Source: Candidatus Nanohalarchaeota archaeon
Lineage (GTDB): Archaea > Nanohalarchaeota > Nanosalinia > Nanosalinales > Nanoanaerosalinaceae
NCBI GenBank assembly: GCA_022729255.1
Contig: JALDAG010000002.1
Location: 1 to 53,399, forward strand
Length of the DNA: 53,399 nucleotides
Direction: 5' to 3'
A model generated the notes under the pieces. It searched no databases. It was given only the letters and a program-made list of their open reading frames with translations, and was not told where the DNA came from. Numbering within the stretch: position 1 is the first letter of the stretch; each line of letters starts with the position of its first letter. Of this stretch, positions 39,016 to 47,631 are shown in pieces. The position numbers and the translations under genes are program-made.

Positions 39016-40473
39016 TCATCTCTTCACTCCTTCATCTTCAAGCTCTTGTCTCAAAACGTTTTTGTTCATCTCATCCATTCCGGTTGTTACTTCACACTGA
39101 ATTGCCAGGTGCTTCCTTAATCCTATGTTCATACCTTCAGGAGTTTTTACAGGGCAAAGTCTTCCCCAGTGAGTTGGATGTAACTCTCTTGCCTCGAAGT
39201 GCTGCCTCTGTGATGAAAGTGGCGACACAACGTTTCTGAGATGCGCAAGGGTTTTTATCCTGTTACCTCTCTCAAGTCTCTGAGCTACACCGGTTCTTCC
39301 ACCAACCCAGTTACCTGTGGCCATCGCTGACATTATCTGGCTTGTCATAGTGTTGGCAACAACTGTGGATTGTAGGCTTGGAAGCCTTCCTCTCTTGGCA
39401 GATTTCTGAAAGTTGTATTTCATCCTTGCTACAAAACCCCATTTACCGAGAAAAACAGATCTGAACTGCATTTCCAAGAGATCTCCTGCTAGGTTCAACC
39501 TCTTGTTAGCATAGTGATCCATGTCATCTTCCTTGATATCTCCTTTTCCAAGCGCTATTATGTTCTTTACCATGGTACCTAAAAACCTGGCTTTTTCCTC
39601 TTTGTCTTCGGGCTCTCTTCCAAGGTGAGGTAGAAGGTATCTGTCCAGTATTTCTTTCACTCTCTCTTGCCTGTTCTTGTTTATACCTGATTTCCTTCCT
39701 ATATAATCAAGAGCGTCTTCAACCGTTTCAACATCGTTTTCATATATGTTTAGGTAGATATCTCCGGAGTACTTTTCTGATATATGCTGGATGATATCCC
39801 TGTCGGTTTCGAGTCCACAAGCCCTCATTATCACTACTGCAGGAACTTTTTTGACGTTCGCAAATGAGATATTGACTATGCCATCCTTCTTCCTTGTTAG
39901 AACATGTCTTTGTACGTAACCCGTTCTTTCGGAGTTTATCCTACATATCTCTTCTTCTCCATCTAACTGGTATATAGGCTTGTTGTTCACCAGTTCCTCC
40001 ATCGAGACGATTACCTTTTCAGAACCGTTGACTATGAAGTATCCCCCGGTATCTTCAGGATCCTCACCTATTTCGATTCTTTCCTCTTCAGTCATGCTGC
40101 TTGTAGGACATATGTCTGACCTGACCATGACAGGTATCTCTCCTATTGTGACTGTCTCCGTAGGCTGTTTTATCCCCTCAAATATAGGGGTCATCTCAAC
40201 GTTAACTCTTGCGGAATAAGTGAGATCTCTCATCCTTGCTTCATTAGGAGTTATCTGAAGCATGGAGCCATCCGCTTCTTTTACTATAGGTTTTCCTATT
40301 TCGACATCTCCAAGCTTTATGATAAGTTCTTCTCCACCTGGTAAATCCGGCTGTATTTCTCCTATATCATTAATAATTTTCTGGATTCTCGTGTTTACGA
40401 ACTTATTATAAGAATCTATGTGGTGTTCTACTAGTCCTTCACCCACCATCTGTTCTAAAAACTTCTTTTTCAT
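39016..40473 (-). CDS. rpoB2: RNA polymerase subunit B'' (Rpo2N)
   Basis: HIDSYN, GGYFIVNGSE, DHYANKRL, HWGRLCP.KTPEG. Confidence 0.97.
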   Translation of the reverse strand: MKKKFLEQMVGEGLVEHHIDSYNKFVNTRIQKIINDIGEIQPDLPGGEELIIKLGDVEIGKPIVKEADGSMLQITPNEARMRDLTYSARVNVEMTPIFEGIKQPTETVTIGEIPVMVRSDICPTSSMTEEERIEIGEDPEDTGGYFIVNGSEKVIVSMEELVNNKPIYQLDGEEEICRINSERTGYVQRHVLTRKKDGIVNISFANVKKVPAVVIMRACGLETDRDIIQHISEKYSGDIYLNIYENDVETVEDALDYIGRKSGINKNRQERVKEILDRYLLPHLGREPEDKEEKARFLGTMVKNIIALGKGDIKEDDMDHYANKRLNLAGDLLEMQFRSVFLGKWGFVARMKYNFQKSAKRGRLPSLQSTVVANTMTSQIMSAMATGNWVGGRTGVAQRLERGNRIKTLAHLRNVVSPLSSQRQHFEARELHPTHWGRLCPVKTPEGMNIGLRKHLAIQCEVTTGMDEMNKNVLRQELEDEGVKR

Positions 40474-40500
40474 CTTTATTAGCCTCCGGGGAGCTCAAAT

Positions 40501-40737
40501 CTATTTGTTAACGACTACTCTGTAGTAGTCTGTTTTTCCTGCGGTAGGGGAGTTTCTCCTTATGTGCACTACATCACCGGGCTCCAAATCCATTTTTTTC
40601 GCAACAGCATCGTTCTTTTTTATCTTCGGGAGATTTTCCTTTTCTATACCGAATTTTTCTAGAAGCTGTTTTACCTGTTTTTCATCCATTTTTTCGTGTT
40701 CCGGAACCAGTTCATGTTCTCTAATATTCATTGCCAT
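40501..40737 (-). CDS. rpoH: RNA polymerase subunit H (Rpo5)
   Basis: HELVPEH, LPKI...D, R.SPTAG...YYRVV; start trimmed to MAMN. Confidence 0.96.
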   Translation of the reverse strand: MAMNIREHELVPEHEKMDEKQVKQLLEKFGIEKENLPKIKKNDAVAKKMDLEPGDVVHIRRNSPTAGKTDYYRVVVNK

Positions 40738-41066
40738 AGGTGAGCATACCCCCTTCTTACCTTTTTTTGTTTTTTTGCATAGAAAGGTCTCTTTCAAATC
40801 ACATGCAAGATAGCAATAATTTTTAGACACAATTTTTATAAAGGTATCAAGGGATTGGGTGTTTTTCAATGCTGATTTGTGGTTTTAGATAAATCCTATT
40901 TTTTAATATGGCATATTGTCAGAATATTATGGAGGAATATGTTGTTTATTATTACATATGTCCTATTATCTGGTTCAAGGAAACGGTCGTGATTTGAATC
41001 AGAGCCTTATGAAACCCTAAAAGTTATTTAAAACAGTTTTACAAATTACTACATAGGTGTGAAAAA

Positions 41067-41903
41067 ATGGAGTTTTTTAACAAGATTATGGTTGTTGCTT
41101 TGATAATTATCGTGTTAATGCTGGGTGCGCCTATTTTGTGGGGTGCAGTAGGTGAAGTTCAGGATAGATCTCCTGACTTTGTTTCAAGAGCTGATAACGG
41201 AGTCGATTTATTGACTAATTATTACGAACAAGGTCCTTCTGTTGAAACAGGTGCTGAACTTGTGAGGTACTTGGTACTTCCTTTTCTGCTTGTATGGACG
41301 TTGATTTACGGTGTTCTTGAGGGCGGTGGAGGAAGATACCTCCCTAACAAAGTGATAATGCCTTTATCAGTTCTTCTTTCGATGACTTCAGTGTTTAGCG
41401 GAGCATTCGTAACTATATCTCTAGCTGTAAACTACTTTGGAGCTCTAGGAATATTCTTTGTAGGCTTCTACGTCTTATTCCTTGGAGTTGGAGCGTTCGT
41501 AAGGGAGAAAAACTGGGAGCACAAATCAGCGATAGAAAGGATGAATTACAAAGAAAGCTATCTACAGTCAGAGGCGGACAGGTTGGGAAAAAAAATCCTG
41601 AAGAACCTGAAAAAATCAAATCATGGAGGTTTTTTGATCCCTTCAGGGGTTGGAGCTGTTAGTTCTGACTACAATAATGATGTGCAGAGATTTGTAGGTA
41701 GATCATTAACTGACTTAGATAACCTAAAAAAGGATATGAAAAAAGTGAGGAAGAAAGTATCAAAAAAAGAGGACGATGCTCATTCTCTGAGACATGACCA
41801 TAAAATTTTGAAATACATGGGTAATATCGTTAATCTGTCTAAAAAATTCAACAGGATAGACGCTAAAGAAGAGAAAGCAGTTAATCAGAATCTAAAAGAT
41901 TAA
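41067..41903 (+). CDS. Hypothetical multi-TM protein ('LPFLL..IYG.L' family) with a basic C-terminal domain
   Basis: TM segments and a motif shared with 42115 and 42674. Confidence 0.7.
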   Translation: MEFFNKIMVVALIIIVLMLGAPILWGAVGEVQDRSPDFVSRADNGVDLLTNYYEQGPSVETGAELVRYLVLPFLLVWTLIYGVLEGGGGRYLPNKVIMPLSVLLSMTSVFSGAFVTISLAVNYFGALGIFFVGFYVLFLGVGAFVREKNWEHKSAIERMNYKESYLQSEADRLGKKILKNLKKSNHGGFLIPSGVGAVSSDYNNDVQRFVGRSLTDLDNLKKDMKKVRKKVSKKEDDAHSLRHDHKILKYMGNIVNLSKKFNRIDAKEEKAVNQNLKD

Positions 41904-41940
41904 TAAAAAGGTTTGACAAAGAAATAATTAGGTGGAATAA

Positions 41941-42039
41941 ATGATAACCGCATTTAAAGACTTTCTTAAAGGATTGATCATTGGACTTATCGCTGGAGGA
42001 GGACTGGTCTATCTGGCGATTAACATGGGTTACCTATAA
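41941..42039 (+). CDS. 32-aa single-TM microprotein (MITAFKDFLKGLIIGLIAGGGLVYLAINMGYL)
   Basis: Below the ORF-track size cutoff; AGGTGG SD-like motif upstream; clean hydrophobic helix with GxxxG repeats. Confidence 0.65.
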   Translation: MITAFKDFLKGLIIGLIAGGGLVYLAINMGYL

Positions 42040-42114
42040 GTATTTTTTGCCGAAAATTTGCCACTTTTCGGTAAATTATTTAAACAAAGGTAACGACTTC
42101 TTTAATGGAGATTA

Positions 42115-42660
42115 ATGATGTTTGAAGATGTAGGTATAGAGATGGTCTTGGAGTCTTTTCAAACTGAACCGATGAGATGGTTACTACCTTTTCTGCTGGT
42201 TTTCGTAATAATTTACGGTGTATTGCAGAAGATAGGTCTATTTGATAATAATACTATAGACGGAGCTCTGTCGGTTATACTGTCTCTGATAGTCATAGGT
42301 TATACCCCGCTGGTTGAAGGGATTTTTTATGTGTATATAACACAGCTATTCGGAGGAGTGGCAATACTTCTGCTTTCCATACTGGCATTTTTCATGCTTG
42401 CAACATTCCTTACTCAAGAAAAAGATGCTGGCAAATTGATGCCTGACAGTAAATTTCTTGTTGGAGGATCTGCATTAATCATCATCATTTTGATAGTTAA
42501 CTATGGTGTTCTAGATGTCCTTGGGATACCTATAAACATAACTTTTGGACAGATAGTTCCTTTCATAGTTCTTGGAGGCGTAGTAGGCTTTATGGCTTGG
42601 GTACTGAAAGGAGACAAAGGAAAAAGAGAAAGCACTGAAGATGAGTCAGAGGAGAATTAA
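42115..42660 (+). CDS. Hypothetical 5-TM protein
   Basis: LLPFLLVFVIIYGVLQKIGLF motif. Confidence 0.75.
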   Translation: MMFEDVGIEMVLESFQTEPMRWLLPFLLVFVIIYGVLQKIGLFDNNTIDGALSVILSLIVIGYTPLVEGIFYVYITQLFGGVAILLLSILAFFMLATFLTQEKDAGKLMPDSKFLVGGSALIIIILIVNYGVLDVLGIPINITFGQIVPFIVLGGVVGFMAWVLKGDKGKRESTEDESEEN

Positions 42661-42673
42661 AGGAGTGATATAA

Positions 42674-43162
42674 ATGGTAACTTTTGAGACACTGATTCAA
42701 AACCTTCAGAACATCTATTTTTTCTCCTATTTTATGCCCTTCCTTTTTGTATTAGCAGCTACCTATGGTATCATAAGCAAGATAGAGTTGTTTGAAGACG
42801 ATGTTGTGGATGCATCCGTTTCTCTTGCCGTGGGTTTCATGGCCATGCTGGGTATATACATACTCAATCTTGGAGATGTGATGGTTTATTTCTTCGGAGC
42901 TATCTCTGTCGGACTTGTAACCATTCTGGGATTCGTGTTGTTGGCCGGAATGTTCGGTGTAGACATTACTGATGTTGAGATGAGCAAAAAATGGATCGGA
43001 ATAGCTGGAGCGATAGTTTTAGGGATACTCTTGATAATGGTCAATGAATTCTTAGAAATTGATATAACGAGATATCTTTTCTCAGAGATGTCACTTACAC
43101 TTCTGATGATAGGAGGTATTATAGGTTTTGTATTTCTGCTTACTAAAAGCGGGAGTAAATAA
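42674..43162 (+). CDS. Hypothetical 5-TM protein, paralog of 42115
   Basis: FMPFLFVLAATYGIISKIELF motif. Confidence 0.75.
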   Translation: MVTFETLIQNLQNIYFFSYFMPFLFVLAATYGIISKIELFEDDVVDASVSLAVGFMAMLGIYILNLGDVMVYFFGAISVGLVTILGFVLLAGMFGVDITDVEMSKKWIGIAGAIVLGILLIMVNEFLEIDITRYLFSEMSLTLLMIGGIIGFVFLLTKSGSK

Positions 43163-43170
43163 CTGATATA

Positions 43171-43929
43171 TTACTTCCCTTTTTTCATATCTTCTACTAT
43201 ATCTGTGAGATCTCTCACGTTTTCAACCAGAGAGGGAAGAGTCTGCTGGAAGGCCTTCTCCATACCGCCTATCCTGGAATGAGAGTCCTCCATGTATTCT
43301 TCTATCTGAGAGACCTTCTGTATGAATTCTTTTTCATCTTCTTCTCTTCTTGTCTTTAGGTCGTGCACGGTTTCCTCTATATCCTTTAACCTTTTCATCA
43401 TATCATCGATTTCTCCATAAACGTTCTCAAATTCATCCTCTATATCAAGAAGTTTTTCCTCTATTATGGTCTCTATCAAGGCTTCTTCATCACTGCTTAT
43501 ACCAATGTCGGGAGACCATTCATCTTCAACAGGTTCTTCGAAATTTTCTTCGGGTGGTCTTTGAGTGGGTTCGTCCTGGTATTCTCTTTCTACAGGTTCG
43601 TTACCATAGTTATCCTGGTAACCTCCTTGATCCATACCTCTTTCTACTGGAGACATTGGTTCTTGACCTCTATCAGGATTAGGAGCGCCCCGAGACATAG
43701 AATTATTTTCTTGAATACTGCCACGATCTCTTTCAGCGGAATCTTTTATGACATTGTTCATAGCCTGATTTATATCTGAGTAAGCATATCCCTCATCTCT
43801 CAGTTTTTCAGTTATCTCGTTTTGAGAGTATCCCTGGTCCGAGAGATCCTTTATAGTTTCTTCTATACTTTTTTCTCCTTCTTCACCACCATCTCCTTTT
43901 AATTTTCCCAAAAATTCGAACTTTACCAT
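43171..43929 (-). CDS. Hypothetical cytoplasmic protein (N-terminal helical domain, disordered linker, coiled coil)
   Basis: GYSQNEI..GY repeats and heptad-rich C-terminus; sits at the end of the pilin-like array. Confidence 0.7.
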   Translation of the reverse strand: MVKFEFLGKLKGDGGEEGEKSIEETIKDLSDQGYSQNEITEKLRDEGYAYSDINQAMNNVIKDSAERDRGSIQENNSMSRGAPNPDRGQEPMSPVERGMDQGGYQDNYGNEPVEREYQDEPTQRPPEENFEEPVEDEWSPDIGISSDEEALIETIIEEKLLDIEDEFENVYGEIDDMMKRLKDIEETVHDLKTRREEDEKEFIQKVSQIEEYMEDSHSRIGGMEKAFQQTLPSLVENVRDLTDIVEDMKKGK

Positions 43930-43936
43930 TATTTAA

Positions 43937-44335
43937 TCACATCTCCCTCATTTTTTCTTCTACAATTTTTTTAACATCTTTTTCAGTCGTGAAATCGCTT
44001 TTAACAGGATCTAACATATCCATAAATTCTTCGATTTCCTTGAACTCTCTCTTCGAAACAAGCTTACGGGATTTTCTGTTCAGTTTCTTGATCTCCGAGT
44101 TCAAGGTTTCTATCCGGTGACTGAGTTTCTCATTTTTATTCTCCGAATTCGTCTTGTTCTGACTTATCTTCTTCTTGTGCTGGTTAAGCCTCTGCTCTAT
44201 ATTTTTGGTCTGTTCCTTGAGGTTTCTAACGTTTTTTTCAAGTTCCCTTATTCTTCTTGTTAAACCGTTAATCCTGTTTATCGGATCCTCTCCCTGTTCG
44301 GGTTCCTCTTCTTTGTTCCTTCCAAAGGGTGTCAT
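43937..44335 (-). CDS. Hypothetical coiled-coil protein
   Basis: Long heptad pattern; start at MTPFG. Confidence 0.7.
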   Translation of the reverse strand: MTPFGRNKEEEPEQGEDPINRINGLTRRIRELEKNVRNLKEQTKNIEQRLNQHKKKISQNKTNSENKNEKLSHRIETLNSEIKKLNRKSRKLVSKREFKEIEEFMDMLDPVKSDFTTEKDVKKIVEEKMREM

Positions 44336-44382
44336 GTAAAAATATATGTTAAAGGTGGTTAAATAACTTGTCTGGCTGAACA

Positions 44383-44784
44383 TCAATTAAACATCACTTT
44401 CGGTCTATCCGAGGGGACAAAGTTCAACTCTAGACCTATAACATCTCCATCGATTTTCGCCGGTATCTCAAAATACCTTTCATCTATCTCAATATATCTC
44501 TCAACTTGATCCTTATTGATATCCATGCCGTCTACAGTTTCAACATCTAACCTATAACATGTATGTAGATCTTGAACATTTTTTCTTTTACCTTCTTTCC
44601 AGCAGACCTGTGATAAAGTCGCGATCTCTCTTGCAACACGGTCACTGTCACCAATAATCATTCTCTCATCAATTTTTTCTTCTTGTTTTTCATGACCTAT
44701 AAGAACCAGTATAACTGTCATACCTGTTAAGATCAGTACAAGAGCGATAGCAACATATATATTGGTCTTCATGTCTTCGTCCAT
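44383..44784 (-). CDS. Pilin-like membrane-anchored protein (CW/CY paralog)
   Basis: N-terminal TM; VCW...TCY motif shared with neighbours. Confidence 0.65.
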   Translation of the reverse strand: MDEDMKTNIYVAIALVLILTGMTVILVLIGHEKQEEKIDERMIIGDSDRVAREIATLSQVCWKEGKRKNVQDLHTCYRLDVETVDGMDINKDQVERYIEIDERYFEIPAKIDGDVIGLELNFVPSDRPKVMFN

Positions 44785-44806
44785 AATTATCAACTGTTGA
44801 ATGGAT

Positions 44807-45331
44807 TCAAGGCACGTGAGTTGCTTTTACCTCTACTTTCCTGTCCTCAACCTTTTCTATCTCTAATCTGTAGGTGAATTTACCGTCCTGTATCCCGACG
44901 TTGTACATCGTTGTGTCCTGAGGAGGATCCCCTATATAATCCATCTCTATCTCGCAGAAATGATCTTCACATCTGTAATGTTGATCGTAAAAAGTCATGC
45001 ATAGATATTCGCCGCTACCGGACTCCTCGTTATATATTTTGTTGGGAGCATCGTTCGGTGCCTCGCCTCGTGTATCGTTGGCGAATATGGCCATAACGTT
45101 TCTTAATTCAACGGTGTATTCGCTTTTTGTACCGATAGAGTATCCGCAGACCATACCTATCTCATCGTTCAGGTTCTCGAAATCAGATACAACGTTCTGT
45201 CTAAAGCTTTGTTCCCATAAATGACTTAATTGTGTGAAAGCAACTGTGAAAGTCATTACACCTATTATGAGTCCTCCTATTATCCATATCCATATGCTGA
45301 CTGATCCTCCTTTCCTCTTCAGTTTTGACAT
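44807..45331 (-). CDS. Class III signal peptide (pilin-like) protein
   Basis: KRKG|GSVSIWIWIIGG followed by a hydrophobic helix. Confidence 0.72.
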   Translation of the reverse strand: MSKLKRKGGSVSIWIWIIGGLIIGVMTFTVAFTQLSHLWEQSFRQNVVSDFENLNDEIGMVCGYSIGTKSEYTVELRNVMAIFANDTRGEAPNDAPNKIYNEESGSGEYLCMTFYDQHYRCEDHFCEIEMDYIGDPPQDTTMYNVGIQDGKFTYRLEIEKVEDRKVEVKATHVP

Positions 45332-45804
45332 ATGTATACCGTACCTCCTTTTTTCTCTATTTTAATTTCTTCTCCACTACTTATAACGAGTTTTTCATCT
45401 TTATCGAAAACAAAACCTTGGAATATTTCTTCGTTGTTACAATCAACACCATAAAGAACAAGAGGTCTGTCGTTTATATCTGTTAGTTCCATTTCAGTTA
45501 GGAATTCTTCAAATCTGTCTTGTGGAAGGTTGAAACCCGAGACCACTTCTAGATCCTCCTCGCAGTTACCTCTATAGAAACCGTACATGACTATCTGGAA
45601 TTCCTCAAACCTTAATTCCTCTCCTTCGAATCCTGGACACACAGGGTATTCAGCTGTCTCTATTATCTGTCTGATCTGGTGTTCAGGTTCTATCCCGCCT
45701 AAAAAATTTAGGAGAACTGATACCCCGACTGAAATACCTGCAAGTGCTATAACAATTTTCCCTATCATGTCAAGCGGCAGTTCTGCCTTATGAAATGATT
45801 TCAA
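45319..45804 (-). CDS. Class III signal peptide (pilin-like) protein
   Basis: HKA|ELPLDMIGKIVIAL. Confidence 0.72.
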   Translation of the reverse strand: MKSFHKAELPLDMIGKIVIALAGISVGVSVLLNFLGGIEPEHQIRQIIETAEYPVCPGFEGEELRFEEFQIVMYGFYRGNCEEDLEVVSGFNLPQDRFEEFLTEMELTDINDRPLVLYGVDCNNEEIFQGFVFDKDEKLVISSGEEIKIEKKGGTVYICQN

Positions 45805-46195
45805 CTACCACTCCTCCATCTGGTAAACTGTGTTCGATCATAAGGTTTGTCTTATCCTCAAAATCATCTGGAACTTTTTCCACTTCTTCCCAGTCATCAG
45901 CATCTAGGGATATGCTGCCATCAAAACCTCCGTCAACATGCATCACCAAGTAACATTCGAAGCTGGACTCCGGATTCCTTATGCTCTGGTCGACACAGTT
46001 ATCGATAAGAACTTTCAGCTCTGTCTCCTCGTTTCCACTGTCCATTTCCACGATCTGAACACCGGATTCCTCATCGTTTCCCCATGGAACCCCGACCTCT
46101 ACATCACCTCTAAAGTTTATTATCAAGGTAACAGCTACCGAGACAGTTACCATCACTATCAAAAACTTTCCTATATAATCTAGTGATAAAGCCAT
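45788..46195 (-). CDS. Pilin-like protein
   Basis: MA|LSLDYIGKFLIV, minimal leader; C..CY motif. Confidence 0.68.
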   Translation of the reverse strand: MALSLDYIGKFLIVMVTVSVAVTLIINFRGDVEVGVPWGNDEESGVQIVEMDSGNEETELKVLIDNCVDQSIRNPESSFECYLVMHVDGGFDGSISLDADDWEEVEKVPDDFEDKTNLMIEHSLPDGGVVVEIIS

Positions 46196-46198
46196 CTG

Positions 46199-46726
46199 TT
46201 ATTCCACCACGATTTTTTCTTGATCATCCGTTTCATCGTATCTGTACATTACCAAAACATAATCACCTTCATCAAGATCATTATCGAAATCTATATAGTC
46301 GTTCCAACAGTCTGATTCTCCAAATATAGGTTCACAGAAGTTATTATCTTCAATTTTACTTTGGATATTGTCGTTCGATATGTGGTCATCGTCCGTTATT
46401 TCTTCCAGTATCCATCCAGCGCAGACCTCTTCGTCTGATAGGCGTCCCTCGTATCTTTTGTAGCAATCTAAAATTCCTGCAATCAATTGATCTTCAAGCT
46501 CTTCTCTATTTCCTCTCACTGCCCTGACCTCTTGTTGGCCTCCTCCACCACATCCGGTTGGTGGAAGATCACCTGGAAACACGAAACCTATACTGTCATA
46601 CATCAAACAGAACATACCTCCGCCTTCTCCACTCAAGGTATTGAGATAAACATTTACAAGAAGCGCAACGCCCACAAGCGCCAGTATCACTCCTGCTACA
46701 ACAGATATGCTTAAACCCTTTCTCAT
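46199..46726 (-). CDS. Class III signal peptide (pilin-like) protein
   Basis: MRKG|LSISVVAGVILAL. Confidence 0.75.
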   Translation of the reverse strand: MRKGLSISVVAGVILALVGVALLVNVYLNTLSGEGGGMFCLMYDSIGFVFPGDLPPTGCGGGGQQEVRAVRGNREELEDQLIAGILDCYKRYEGRLSDEEVCAGWILEEITDDDHISNDNIQSKIEDNNFCEPIFGESDCWNDYIDFDNDLDEGDYVLVMYRYDETDDQEKIVVE

Positions 46727-46765
46727 ATGAATAAGTTTATTCCTGTTAGAATAAAAAGTTAAACA

Positions 46766-47194
46766 CTACCTTAAAACGATTTTATCATCCTCTTCGCTGT
46801 ATCCTTCATGATAATAGGACATCACAAGCGTTTCACCGTCTTTTATGGAAACACCAGGGAAAACATTAAGATTTTCTTCTGAAAGCATTTCAAGCCGTCT
46901 CTTCACTTCTTCTTCACCTATATCGTCTTCAGGACCCTCTATGTGTATAAGGTAACAACCCATGTTCTCATTCATCCTTCCCTTGTTGGACATCTCCCAG
47001 CACCTATCAAGCAAAACAGCTATTTTGTTAGCTATCTCAGTCTCTGTACCTTCCAGTTTCTGTGTCTGTCCTTCAGGCACGTCTACACCCTGCAACATGG
47101 AGGATGCAAATAAAACCATCAAAGAAACTATCACAACAACACCTACAATTAGTATATACTGGCTGACATTTTCTTCTGCTTTCCTCTTCAACAC
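46766..47194 (-). CDS. Class III signal peptide (pilin-like) protein
   Basis: KRKA|EENVSQYILIV; RCW...GCY. Confidence 0.72.
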   Translation of the reverse strand: MLKRKAEENVSQYILIVGVVVIVSLMVLFASSMLQGVDVPEGQTQKLEGTETEIANKIAVLLDRCWEMSNKGRMNENMGCYLIHIEGPEDDIGEEEVKRRLEMLSEENLNVFPGVSIKDGETLVMSYYHEGYSEEDDKIVLR

Positions 47195-47631
47195 ACACCA
47201 CCTCTTATTATCACTTCATCTGTTTCAGGGCCCGACTCCTTCTTCTCTATACATATTTCAGTTTTATCCTTTATCCAACCGTTTTCAAGCTTTAGATCAG
47301 CTGTAACAGCTGCCACCCTTGTTCTATCAGTTTCAGGTATTGTTACGGTTATATACGTGTTTTCATCGACTGTTAAGTTGTATGATGAGATTTTTGTTCT
47401 ATAGGTGTACATTATAGGGTAATCATACCGCTCTACCCTGTTTATTATAGTAGCTAGCTCCCAGGCAAGGTTTTCTTGAGTTGCCTGAACAGTTCTTTCG
47501 GTCTGAAATCTCAAAATGTTGGATGCTGATATGACAAATATTACTGAGACCATTATTATGCCTACTGCAAAAAGACCCTCTGAAACCGCTGACAATCCTT
47601 TTGAACAGCTTTCATCAGTAACATTCTTCAT
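47188..47631 (-). CDS. Class III signal peptide (pilin-like) protein
   Basis: SKG|LSAVSEGLFAVGII. Confidence 0.7.
   Translation of the reverse strand: MKNVTDESCSKGLSAVSEGLFAVGIIMVSVIFVISASNILRFQTERTVQATQENLAWELATIINRVERYDYPIMYTYRTKISSYNLTVDENTYITVTIPETDRTRVAAVTADLKLENGWIKDKTEICIEKKESGPETDEVIIRGGVC

Noticed and set aside
37212..40473. Split RpoB (and split RpoA) as frameshift or novelty
   Set aside because: B''/B' and A'/A'' splits are well known in archaea, and the downstream halves have their own SD-like sites and starts
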